A stretch of DNA of 59,256 bases, the filler included. It is 7 parts of 7 records of this genome, joined end to end, with 100 filler letters (N's around TTAATTAATTAA, not from the genome) between each part and the next. Parts side by side here need not be neighbours in the genome. Positions count along the whole stretch, not along the records: positions 15,781 to 21,498 come from SRR31156797_35221; positions 21,599 to 33,434 come from SRR31156797_35228; 5 more parts are not named here. One strand, 5' to 3'. This document shows positions 17,961 to 27,256 of the stretch, piece by piece. The position numbers and the translations under genes are program-made. The notes beneath the pieces are model-generated. The model was not told where the DNA came from. It ran no database searches and was given only the letters and a program-made list of their open reading frames with translations. Within the stretch, counting starts at the first letter, position 1, and the number at the start of each line of letters is the position of its first letter.

Positions 17961-20780
17961 TCAGTTTGACAATCGCTGCTTGAGGAAATGTCCTGTGAAG
18001 CTGGCACCGCATGCTGCGATTTCTTCCGGTCTTCCTTCGATGACGATCTGACCGCCGCCAGTGCCACCTTCAGGGCCGAGGTCGATGACCCAGTCTGCGA
18101 CCTTGATTACGTCAAGGTTGTGTTCGATGACCAGAACCGTGTGTCCCAAGGCGACGAGTCGGTTGAGGACGTTCATCAGTTTGTGGATGTCGGCGAAATG
18201 GAGTCCTGTCGTGGGTTCGTCGAGGACGTACATGGTGTGGCCGGTGGGGGTTTTTCCCAGTTCGGCTGCGAGTTTGACACGTTGCGCTTCGCCTCCGGAC
18301 AGAGTTGTGGAGGATTGTCCCAGGGTGATGTATCCCAGTCCCACATCCTGAAGGGCACGGAGGAGTTGTTTGATCTTTGCGAAGCTGTCGAAGAATTTTG
18401 CTGCTTCTTCCACCCGCATTTCGAGGATGTCGGCGATGCTTTTGCCGCGGTACCGAATCTCAAGGGTTTCGCGGTTGTAGCGGGTTCCCTTGCAGACGCC
18501 GCATTGAACGAAGACGTCCGGGAGGAAGTGCATCTCGATGCGCTTGGTACCCTGGCCCTGGCATTCTTCGCAGCGTCCGCCTTTGACGTTAAAGCTGAAC
18601 CGGCTAGCGGAGTAGCCGCGGATCTTGGCTTCGCGGGTTTTGGCGTAGAGCTGGCGGATGAGGTCGAAGGCGCCGACGTAGGTGGCGGGGTTGCTTCGTG
18701 GCGTTCGGCCGATCGGGGTCTGGTCGATCTGGATGACGCGATCGACGAAGGAAGTTCCGACGAGTCTGTCGTATTTTCCGGGTTTGGGGCCGGAACCGTT
18801 GATGACGCGGTTGAGGGATTTCAGCAGGATTTCATTGACCAGTGTGCTCTTGCCGCTGCCGGACACGCCTGTCACGCAGACGAAGCATCCCAGCGGAAAT
18901 TTGACATTGATGCTCTTCAGGTTGTTTTCATTGGCTCCGCAGACCTCGACACGTCTGTCGAGGTTGATTTCTCTTCTTTCTTCGGGGATGGGGATCGCGT
19001 GTTTGCCTGAGAGGTATTTGGCCGTGACGGATTCTTCTGATTTCAGGATGTCTTCGTAGTTTCCCTGGGCGACCAGCTTTCCGCCGTGTGCACCAGCGCC
19101 GGGGCCGATGTCGATGAGGTGGTCGGCGGCTTCGATGCATTCCTCGTCATGTTCTACAACGATGACCGTGTTGCCTATGTCCGCGAGATGGCGAAGCGTT
19201 GTGACCAGTCGCTGGGTGTCACGCTGGTGGAGACCGATGGTGGGTTCGTCCAGCACATAGCAGACGCCGACGAGGCCTGAACCGATCTGGGTTGCGAGGC
19301 GGATTCGCTGGGATTCTCCTCCTGACAGGCTTGAACTGGCACGGCTGAGGGACAGGTAGTCCACACCTACATCGCAAAGGAAGGTCAGACGCTGGCGGAT
19401 TTCGCGGAGGATCGGAGCGGCGATATCTTCGGAGTCTCCGTTGAAGGAAAGCTTGTCGAAGAATTGGTGTGCGTCGTCAATGTTCATGCCACAAAGGTCT
19501 GCGATGTTTTTTCCGCCGATGAACACGTTCAGGGATTCCGGGCGAAGTCTTGCGCCTTTGCAGTCCTCGCAGGGCGATTCGCTGAGGAAGGTGTGCATTC
19601 GCTGTTTGACGGATTCGGATTCAGTGGATTCCCAGCGGCGTTTGAGGTTCGGGATGATGCCTTCGAAAGAGGCTTTGTGTTTCTTTTCGTCTTTGGATGT
19701 GGTCCCTTCGAAGAGGATCTTTCGCAGTTTAGCCGGGATGTTGCGGAACGGGATCTCCGGTGCAACTTTGAACGCCATGCAGAAGTCGCTGATCATTTTG
19801 GAGTAGGCGGCGTTCATTCGCTTTCCGCCGTGCTGCCAGGCGGCTACGGCTCCTGCGCCGAGGGGTTTGTCCTGATCGGGAACGATGAGTTCGGGATCGA
19901 ACTCCAGAACGGTTCCCAGACCATGGCAGGTCTCGCAGGCGCCGTGTGGAGAGTTGAAGCTGAACATCCTGGGAGCCAGCTCCGGGAGGACGACATCCGG
20001 ATGGTTCGGACACGCGTAGCTGGAGCTGAAGAGATAGTCTTTGCCTTTTCCTTCGCGGGGTTGTTCGGTGACGATGATGCGTCCTTCACCCAGGGAGAGT
20101 GCCAGTTCGACGCTGTCGGCCAGACGTTGCTCGATGCCGGATCGTATGACGAGGCGATCGATGACGACTTCGATGGTGTGTGGTTTTGTTTCGTCAAGTT
20201 GCGGTGGCTCTTCCAGCAGGCAGACTTCGTTATCGATTCGTGCCCGGACGTATCCCTGTTTCATCATGCGCTGCAGGAGTATCTCGTGCGTACCCGGCTC
20301 TTCGTAGATCACAGGGGCGAGAATCAGGATGCGGGCGTCTTCCTTGAAATCCTGGATGGTGTCGACGATCTGGCTGACGGACTGGCTACTGATCGTGGTT
20401 CCGCATTTCGGACAGCAGGGGGTGCCTACGCGAGCGAAGAGCAGTCGCAGGTGGTCGTAGATTTCGGTGGTCGTGGCGACTGTTGATCGCGGGTTGGAGC
20501 TGGTTGTTCGTTGTTCGATGGCGAGCGTCGGGCTGGAGCCTTCGATGCGGTCGACGTCTGGTTTCTGCATTTGTTCGAGGAACTGGCGTGCATGGATCGA
20601 GAGGGACTCGACGTACTTGCGCTGGCCTTCGGCGTAGATGGTATCGAACGCGAGGGAGCTTTTGCCGGATCCGGACATTCCCGTGATGACGGTCATTCCC
20701 GTTCGTGGGATTTCCACCGTGATGTTCTTGAGGTTGTGCTGTCTGGCACCGACGACCCGGATGACGCTGGGTTCGCTCAC
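17961..20780 (-). CDS. uvrA: Excinuclease ABC subunit A
   Basis: GARQHNLK, GMSGSGKSS, Zn fingers, LSGGESQRIRLATQIG and a second ABC domain (GVSGSGKST, LSGGEAQRVKLA). GGAGG RBS before GTG at 20780. Confidence 0.97.
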   Translation of the reverse strand: MSEPSVIRVVGARQHNLKNITVEIPRTGMTVITGMSGSGKSSLAFDTIYAEGQRKYVESLSIHARQFLEQMQKPDVDRIEGSSPTLAIEQRTTSSNPRSTVATTTEIYDHLRLLFARVGTPCCPKCGTTISSQSVSQIVDTIQDFKEDARILILAPVIYEEPGTHEILLQRMMKQGYVRARIDNEVCLLEEPPQLDETKPHTIEVVIDRLVIRSGIEQRLADSVELALSLGEGRIIVTEQPREGKGKDYLFSSSYACPNHPDVVLPELAPRMFSFNSPHGACETCHGLGTVLEFDPELIVPDQDKPLGAGAVAAWQHGGKRMNAAYSKMISDFCMAFKVAPEIPFRNIPAKLRKILFEGTTSKDEKKHKASFEGIIPNLKRRWESTESESVKQRMHTFLSESPCEDCKGARLRPESLNVFIGGKNIADLCGMNIDDAHQFFDKLSFNGDSEDIAAPILREIRQRLTFLCDVGVDYLSLSRASSSLSGGESQRIRLATQIGSGLVGVCYVLDEPTIGLHQRDTQRLVTTLRHLADIGNTVIVVEHDEECIEAADHLIDIGPGAGAHGGKLVAQGNYEDILKSEESVTAKYLSGKHAIPIPEERREINLDRRVEVCGANENNLKSINVKFPLGCFVCVTGVSGSGKSTLVNEILLKSLNRVINGSGPKPGKYDRLVGTSFVDRVIQIDQTPIGRTPRSNPATYVGAFDLIRQLYAKTREAKIRGYSASRFSFNVKGGRCEECQGQGTKRIEMHFLPDVFVQCGVCKGTRYNRETLEIRYRGKSIADILEMRVEEAAKFFDSFAKIKQLLRALQDVGLGYITLGQSSTTLSGGEAQRVKLAAELGKTPTGHTMYVLDEPTTGLHFADIHKLMNVLNRLVALGHTVLVIEHNLDVIKVADWVIDLGPEGGTGGGQIVIEGRPEEIAACGASFTGHFLKQRLSN

Positions 20781-21115
20781 GAGAAAACCTCCGTGCTCGC
20801 TGTTCATATGGGCAGGATCTGGATAGCGATCCTTTGCTCCAGCCGGGGACAGGTTGAAAGTCGTCCCATTGCCCTGACTGGAATCGGTTTACGCTATCCC
20901 CGGAAACGTTTTTTTGCAATTGACTATTTGGTGATAGAAACGCGGTGAGTCTGTAACATTCTGTAAATAAATGGCTTAAGGTGTGTTGAGTGGCGTTTGA
21001 TGTTTATGGTCCGATATTTTTTTCGGTTTTTTCCACTTTTTTGAAAAGTGCGTGAAAGAAAACCCTCCTTATTTGCGACCACACTTACGGAGAGAGGGCG
21101 AACTATTTGAAGCGG

Positions 21116-21290
21116 CCTGGGATGAAGAGAGGGAGAGCAGCCTCAAAACCCCGGGATGGTCAGTTCTTCAGCCACCACTGGCTGGCTGAAGGCTGACCCG
21201 GAACGGACCGAACAGAACACACAAAAGCTCAGGGTTGTCAGGGTCTCCCGGCAGTTCCGGGAGACACCCTGCGGCCCGGCCGGACTCCAT
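21116..21290. ncRNA. Candidate structured non-coding element (unassigned)
   Basis: Three consecutive GC-rich hairpins (about 21116-21155, 21158-21198, 21232-21277) in a gene-free stretch. Confidence 0.35.
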
Positions 21291-21498
21291 GCATACAATC
21301 AATTGTATCTTTCTCGATTGAAGGTGAATCGTGAAATACCATCAATAGTAATGCCTGATGGTATTGAAAGTGAAGTGTTAAACGGTGGCTCTATGATGTG
21401 CCAATGGTAGTTTTGGGTTGAGGGGATCTTGAGTTTAGGTTTTTGGCTGGATCATGGGACCATAGAAACCCTCTCTGTCAACCATGTATATGGTTGAA

Positions 21499-21598
21499 NN
21501 NNNNNNNNNNNNNNNNNNNNNNNNNNNNNNNNNNNNNNNNNNTTAATTAATTAANNNNNNNNNNNNNNNNNNNNNNNNNNNNNNNNNNNNNNNNNNNN
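21499..21598. other. Artificial contig spacer
   Basis: N runs plus TTAATTAATTAA. Confidence 0.99.
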
Positions 21599-22582
21599 GG
21601 CCATGGCCAGCTCTTCCATGCCGTAGGAACCCGTCTTCAGTGAAATCCGTTTGAAACCCAACCCCCGCAGGTAATCCACGCTGCTCATGAAATCTTCCTG
21701 CACCTGGGCAACGGTATCGAGATTGGTGCCGCCCAGCCGGCTGTGTCGCGCAAAGGATTTGATGGAACCGTTTTCAAAGGCTTCCTGCACTTCGGGCAGT
21801 GTGGGATCGGGATCCACCACATAGCCCCGTTCCTTGAGAAAAAGGGCGTATTCAAGGCTGGTCACCTGGATCTCGCCGCCGATATCCTTGGCACCCTGGC
21901 CCCACTTCAATTCAATAATGCATTTTTCTCCATATTTATCAACCACATACTCCGCAACTCCATTTCGGGTGTCTTCCACGTTGAGTTGCACGATGATGGC
22001 GCCGTATCCGTCAAAGTACCTGAGATAGGTATTGATACGCCGGTCCAGCTCGGGGGATACTTCAATCTTGCCTTTTCGGGTTTCACCCGGTTTGATCTTG
22101 GATTTACGATCGACCCCAACCACGTTTTCCCCTATCACCACGGGAAGGCCCACAAGTGCGCCGCCGATGGCAAAGGAATCCCAATACTTTTCAGCCACAA
22201 AGGTGGAACCCAGGGCGCCCGTCATGAGGGGCATCCGGATCTTGGTCTTCACTTCATTGCCGAACTCGGTTTCCAGATTCACATTGGGAAAAATGCAGTC
22301 GTCGGGATTGTTGGTCAGGCTGTTCGCCAATCCGGAAACGCCGTAGGCGTATCCCTGGATTCGGAGGGAGTTGTAGGAGACGCCCACGTGGGTGGTGTTA
22401 TTGGCGCCCGCGGTGACGATGCCGAAGCTTCTCGGATAGAGCAGTTTCCTGCCCACCAGGCTGGAGAGCCACGTTTCACACCGCCCATTACAGTCAGCGC
22501 GGCAAAGGGTACAAAGACTGGATTCGGCGGGATTGCCTCGGTTGGTGGTTCCCAGGACGTCGTTGCTTTTTGAAAATCGCAT
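21599..22582 (-). CDS. FMN-binding glutamate synthase family protein (stand-alone GltB2 type; 3' truncated)
   Basis: CTLCRADCNGRCE Fe-S motif, PLMTGALGST, IELKWGQGAKDIGGEI and ISLKTGSY. Confidence 0.88.
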
Positions 22583-22624
22583 GGTTGAATCTCCTTTGTT
22601 AAAATATGGAAAATTAGGTTAAAC

Positions 22625-22718
22625 AAAAAAAAGGCGTCCTTCTCCTAAAGAGAAATTGGACGCCTTTGTCACTTTCCTAATGAAAACTTTCCCACGCCAT
22701 TGTAGGAAGAGTTCATTA
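22625..22718 (-). promoter_or_regulatory. ANTAR-responsive leader: dual hexaloop hairpins overlapping an intrinsic terminator
   Basis: Minus strand: TTCCTAC-AATGGC-GTGGGAA (22689-22708) and GAC-AAAGGC-GTC (22659-22670), both loops with A1/G4. The second overlaps the terminator AAAGGCGTCC...GGACGCCTTT-TTTTT (22625-22667). Confidence 0.88.
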
Positions 22719-22739
22719 TGCCTTCACATTAAGCACACA

Positions 22740-22768
22740 TTTTTAGTCTGGCTAATCACATTTGTCAA
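22740..22768 (-). promoter_or_regulatory. Putative sigma70-type promoter for the ANTAR leader
   Basis: Minus strand TTGACA-17 nt-TAAAAA just upstream of hairpin 1. Confidence 0.5.
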
Positions 22769-22846
22769 GATTTTTTTACTGAAAAATGTAACGGGATTGT
22801 TAGGCAGGCTTAAGAAATGTGTCCTTCAAGAAAAATGAACTGGGAA

Positions 22847-23557
22847 TCAGATTTCATCTGAAAGCAGAACCGCCTCAGCAATGTGCCCGATGGATTTTCG
22901 CGAATCCATGGCACGTTTCTGCATCCACCGGTAGGCCTGTTCACCGGTCATGTTGCGTTGTCTCATGAGCACTTCCTTGGCGCGTTCAATGAGTTTTCGC
23001 GCCTCCAGCTCTTCCTGGATGACCTTGGTCTGTACCATGAACTGGGTGTTCAGGATGGCCACGGCTGCCTGGTTGGCCACCGCTTTAATGAGATTGACCT
23101 CTGTTTCCGGAAAATTGTGTGGTTCCGAGGTAAAACAATTGAGAACGCCGATGACCTTTTCATCCTGGACTTCAAGGGGGACGCTGAGCATGGATACAAG
23201 CCCCAGCTTTTTGGCCATCTCTTTTTCCTTGAATCGGGGTTCCTCCAGAACATTTTTGAGGATCAGCGGCTGATTATGAGTGGCCACGAAACCCACGACC
23301 CCTTCATTCATATCGAGGGATCGGTCCTTTAAATATTCGTGTTCAATGGCCTGGGTTGCTTTTAGGCGAATTTTATTCGGGGTCTCACTTTCATCGATGA
23401 GCCAGAGGGAGCAGATTTCAACGCCGGTAACCTTGGCGGTGACCAGGACGATCAATTTCAGGATGTCTTCCAGATAAAGATCCGAAGTGATGGCCCGGCT
23501 GATATCCGTGATGGCCTTGATGTATTTGTCATATGTTTTGGGAGAGATTTTTTCCAT
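22847..23557 (-). CDS. GAF and ANTAR domain RNA-binding antiterminator
   Basis: GAF domain (EGVVGFVA...SMLSVPL...IGVLNC) plus ANTAR domain (LEARKLIERAKEVLM...AYRWMQKRAMDSRKS...IAEAVL). Confidence 0.93.
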   Translation of the reverse strand: MEKISPKTYDKYIKAITDISRAITSDLYLEDILKLIVLVTAKVTGVEICSLWLIDESETPNKIRLKATQAIEHEYLKDRSLDMNEGVVGFVATHNQPLILKNVLEEPRFKEKEMAKKLGLVSMLSVPLEVQDEKVIGVLNCFTSEPHNFPETEVNLIKAVANQAAVAILNTQFMVQTKVIQEELEARKLIERAKEVLMRQRNMTGEQAYRWMQKRAMDSRKSIGHIAEAVLLSDEI

Positions 23558-23620
23558 TATCTTGAGAAAAAAAGAATCATGCAGATTTAAAAACGCTTTA
23601 TCGGACCGAAAGTTAAGGTT

Positions 23621-24034
23621 TCAAGCTTTTCGGATGACGGATTTGATGTCTATAACCGGGGTTTTGTCCACCACTTCGAGGGCCTGTACTTTGATCTTCA
23701 ACGGTTGTTCCAGGCCGGTTATGCGAGTCTGGTGAAAACCGATGGGATTGGGTCGACTTGGGGAACGGGTGGCAAAGACACCCTTGAGGGGATTTTCCCG
23801 ATTCCCCCTGGGATGGACCTGCAATGTATGGCGATTCGCCAGATGCATCCAGGTGAGCACAATAATCTCATCCCCCGGGCGCAACCCGTAAAGGCCCTTG
23901 GCATAAAGCGGATCCATCTCAATCAATGCTTCAGGCGCCCCTTCCCCTTCCTGCAAAGGGCAATCCCGCCTGTCCTTGAGGCTGGAACGGACCGTGCCGA
24001 TCTGTTGCAGTTCAAATCCCGGCATATGTTCCAT
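23621..24034 (-). CDS. tsaA: tRNA (t6A37-N6)-methyltransferase TrmO/TsaA family
   Basis: IGTVRS, GVFATRSPSRPNPIG and TPVIDIK. Confidence 0.9.
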   Translation of the reverse strand: MEHMPGFELQQIGTVRSSLKDRRDCPLQEGEGAPEALIEMDPLYAKGLYGLRPGDEIIVLTWMHLANRHTLQVHPRGNRENPLKGVFATRSPSRPNPIGFHQTRITGLEQPLKIKVQALEVVDKTPVIDIKSVIRKA

Positions 24035-24041
24035 GGCTTTG

Positions 24042-24572
24042 CTATTTTTTCAGGTTTTTGCGAATTAACCCCGTGAGTTTTTTGATATCCTGTGGGGTCA
24101 GTTTGCCGGCTTTCATGAAGATCAATTTTCCATCCTTGTCAAATGCCAGAACATCACTGTTGTCATCGGCCAGGTCCCATTCCTTAACCAGGATTTTATC
24201 ATAGTCCCGTACGTAGATGGCGTTGGGATATTTTTTTTGTTTGTCTTCCAGGGCGGAGGAGATGGCAAAATTGGGAAGCCAGGTGGCATCCATATTGATG
24301 ATGGCGTAGGATTGGTATTGATCCCGTGGGAAATTTTCCAATCGAAGGGCTTCACTGGTATCGTTGTTGAGATCCTTCTCATCGGGATCCACGTAAAAGA
24401 CCACATGGACTTTTCCGGCCAGTTCATTGCTGCTCCATGGGCTGCCGTCCAGACGTCCGCCCTGGTCGCCCTTCAGTTCCACTTCTTTAGGCATTTGTCC
24501 CACTTCCAACCCTGCCCATGCGGGCGAAGCCATAACACATACGGCCAACAGAATAATCGCCAGATATCTCAT
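24042..24572 (-). CDS. YtfJ family secreted protein
   Basis: RBS AAGGAG, ATG at 24572 and a signal peptide. PWSSNELAGKVHVVFY...YAIINMDATW. Confidence 0.8.
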   Translation of the reverse strand: MRYLAIILLAVCVMASPAWAGLEVGQMPKEVELKGDQGGRLDGSPWSSNELAGKVHVVFYVDPDEKDLNNDTSEALRLENFPRDQYQSYAIINMDATWLPNFAISSALEDKQKKYPNAIYVRDYDKILVKEWDLADDNSDVLAFDKDGKLIFMKAGKLTPQDIKKLTGLIRKNLKK

Positions 24573-24704
24573 GATGGTTCTCCTTGTTATGGGGTACATT
24601 TTTTTCAGGCAAACGGGCAACCTTTCGCCTAGCGAACTTGGAGAAATAGATCATAACCCGGGTGCTCATGTCAATGAGAATCGCTGATTATGAGTATGTT
24701 CTTT

Positions 24705-25931
24705 TTAGAGGTATCGTCCGAATTCAAGGGATTTTTTGTTGATGGCAAGCCCGGTATGGGGTTGGATCATTTCATGGACCGTTTGATTGAAGGGGAGATA
24801 TATGAGTGTGGCCCCTTTTACCGCCATGTTGATTTGGGGAAGTCTGGGCAGGATTTCTTTTTTGTTGACCGTTGAATGCGCCAGGGTCAGCTTGATCCCC
24901 TGAATGGCTTCCGCCAGGGGAAGGGTCACCGGATGACGGGTTAGATCCGGGAATTCCTTGCTGCCATCCGGATGCTCCTGAGCCAGGGTCAGTTGTCTTG
25001 ATATGGCCAGAAAAAGTTTAGGCCGAATTTTAAAGGCCGGCGCCCAGAACGCCATGTCTTGATTGTGCCATGTCTTTTGAACCACTCTCGGCTGGTTTGT
25101 AATCCGTATGAAGTCTGCAAATGAGTTGATGTCAGTCCCTTCGGTTCGAACCGACATTTTCCAGAACGGGAGATATGTCACACCCGGAAGGTCACCCGGA
25201 ACCACCAGAAAATCAACGGACATAAATCTCCCCCGCCGGGCTTCCCAGGCGGTTTGGCAGTTGGTGCAGGTCAGGATGACGCTGTCCTTTTTGCCTTCAA
25301 GATTCCATCCGCACCGGGGACACAGTGTGGCCAGGAATGTGAGTTTCCAGGGTGAGATGTTTTCCGTGATGGATGTGAATTTTTTTCTGTCCCTGGGGAG
25401 CCTTGCCACGGGGTTGTGGGTGATGGCATCAAAAAGGGCGCCCTTGTTGATGTAAAGCGGCAGATAGATGAGATTGATGGCTTCACCCACATAGGCCCGA
25501 TGAAAAATCTCCTCTGAAATTGCGGCCGAAGACTGTTTTTCAGCCCGGGCCAGCATTTCGGAAGTTTTGAGGAAGCATTTAAGAAAAGATCCTTGGGTTT
25601 CCCGGCTCACAAAACTCATTTTCATGGCCTGTGGCCTAAGTCCGAGGGAAATGGGGAAGCGTTTAAGGGGGACCGCCAACCTTGTGATATCCACGATCCG
25701 ATATGCCACCTTGCGGGTGTGGCAGGCATAAACAACCCCCCGAAATCGGAGATAGGGGACATATAGGATTTTTTTATTCCGCGTTTTGTGGGGAAGCACA
25801 AACCTGAAAGGTTCGTCGGAGAAAAGAAAACTCTTTACATCACAGTATGGGCACTGAAGGATGTGGTCGGTTTCGGCCAGTTCAACAGGCCCGCCGCACT
25901 GGGGGCATTCCTGTTTAACCAAAAAACCCAT
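24705..25931 (-). CDS. Hypothetical protein with two zinc-ribbon modules
   Basis: CPQCGG..CPYC and CPRCG..CTNC, each followed by a YxP(Y/F) motif, suggesting an internal duplication. Confidence 0.75.
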   Translation of the reverse strand: MGFLVKQECPQCGGPVELAETDHILQCPYCDVKSFLFSDEPFRFVLPHKTRNKKILYVPYLRFRGVVYACHTRKVAYRIVDITRLAVPLKRFPISLGLRPQAMKMSFVSRETQGSFLKCFLKTSEMLARAEKQSSAAISEEIFHRAYVGEAINLIYLPLYINKGALFDAITHNPVARLPRDRKKFTSITENISPWKLTFLATLCPRCGWNLEGKKDSVILTCTNCQTAWEARRGRFMSVDFLVVPGDLPGVTYLPFWKMSVRTEGTDINSFADFIRITNQPRVVQKTWHNQDMAFWAPAFKIRPKLFLAISRQLTLAQEHPDGSKEFPDLTRHPVTLPLAEAIQGIKLTLAHSTVNKKEILPRLPQINMAVKGATLIYLPFNQTVHEMIQPHTGLAINKKSLEFGRYL

Positions 25932-25943
25932 TGCGGCTCCGGA

Positions 25944-27059
25944 TTAAAGCCTTTCTCCACATTGGTTGCAGAATGTGGCGTCGGGCAGGTTTTCTCCCTT
26001 GCAGTTGGAGCAGGTCTTTTTCGCCGGCTTTTCATTGGCGGGTTTCCCGCATTTAGGGCAGAACCTGGCGTTGGGAGGCAGGTTTTTGCCGCAGTTTCCA
26101 CACTGGTCAAAGACCAGTTGCTGATGACCGCAGTGGGGGCAGAATTTGGCTTCCTTGGGAATAGCATATTTGCAGTCAGGGCAAAATGCTTCGGGGGGTG
26201 CTGTTTTTCCCTGCTGTCTGAAGGTGTCCGAGAACATGGCCGGCATCATGAACCCCAGACCCATGCCCAATCCGGCACCCGCTTCTCCCTGGGATTCCGC
26301 TGCCTTTTCCATGGCCATGGCCGCCTTCATTTTCACCAGGCGGTCCAGGTCGGGAATCACATTCAGGCGGCTTTTGTCGTCGATGGTCGCCTGTACCTCG
26401 GGCGGCGGTGTTATGGAGGTGATATAAAGGTGGGTCAGGCCGAGACCGAAGTGCCCGAGATCCGCCTTCAGGGCTTCCTGAAGTCCGTTTGAGAGTTCAT
26501 CGTAGGTTCCGGGCAGGTTGAGGAGGCTGTCTAAATGTTCGCCCAGATGGTCGTTAAATCTGGAGACAATAACCCGTTTCAGATATTCCCCGATTTGCTC
26601 AGTGGTGAACTGCCCCATGGTGCCTACCAGGGTGTTGATGAAAAGGAGCGGCTGGATGACCTGAATATTGAAAACCCCATGGGCCCGAAGTCGGATGAGT
26701 CCCAATTCAGAGTCCCTGAAAGCCACCGGTTCCCGGGTGCCCCATTTAAGATTGGGAAAGACTTTCATGTTAACCATGTAAACTTCCGCCCGAAGCGGAC
26801 TGGTCATGGCCCAGGGTACGGCCAAAATCTTGGTGAGGATGGGAATGTTGGCGGTTTTCAAGGTATGGCGGCCGGGTCCGAAGGCATCGCATGCCCGGCC
26901 TTTGTAAAAGAGGATGCCCGCCTGACTTTCCCTTACGGTGAGCTGTGCCCCGTATTTGATTTCCCCGGAGCCTTTTTCTGGGATTCGGTGGACCAGTTCT
27001 CTGCCGGTCTCATCAAACCATTCGATGACTTCAAGAAAAATCACATTGTCCATTCCCAT
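25944..27059 (-). CDS. SPFH (band 7) domain protein with C-terminal double zinc ribbons
   Basis: GAQLTVRESQ, FGPGRHTLKTANIP, KWGT..P and GAGLGMGLG, plus three CxxC...FCxxCG ribbons. Confidence 0.88.
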   Translation of the reverse strand: MGMDNVIFLEVIEWFDETGRELVHRIPEKGSGEIKYGAQLTVRESQAGILFYKGRACDAFGPGRHTLKTANIPILTKILAVPWAMTSPLRAEVYMVNMKVFPNLKWGTREPVAFRDSELGLIRLRAHGVFNIQVIQPLLFINTLVGTMGQFTTEQIGEYLKRVIVSRFNDHLGEHLDSLLNLPGTYDELSNGLQEALKADLGHFGLGLTHLYITSITPPPEVQATIDDKSRLNVIPDLDRLVKMKAAMAMEKAAESQGEAGAGLGMGLGFMMPAMFSDTFRQQGKTAPPEAFCPDCKYAIPKEAKFCPHCGHQQLVFDQCGNCGKNLPPNARFCPKCGKPANEKPAKKTCSNCKGENLPDATFCNQCGERL

Positions 27060-27256
27060 GGCTTTCCCCCTTTCCGTTGACCATTTTTGGAAGTTTATCC
27101 GTTATTTTTATAAATCTCAAGGGAAGAATGATCCTTGAATTCTTGTTTGACATGACGTTTTAGCAGGGCTACTATGCTCTCCTTAAATATGAATTTTAAT
27201 CCGCAGATTACACGGATTGGATACGGAATCGCTGTAATGTTCATGTGGAGAATAAG

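Noticed and set aside
27198-27218. AATCCG-CAGATTACA-CGGATT small hairpin resembling short intergenic repeats
   Set aside because: Only one copy in the window, so repeat status cannot be supported.
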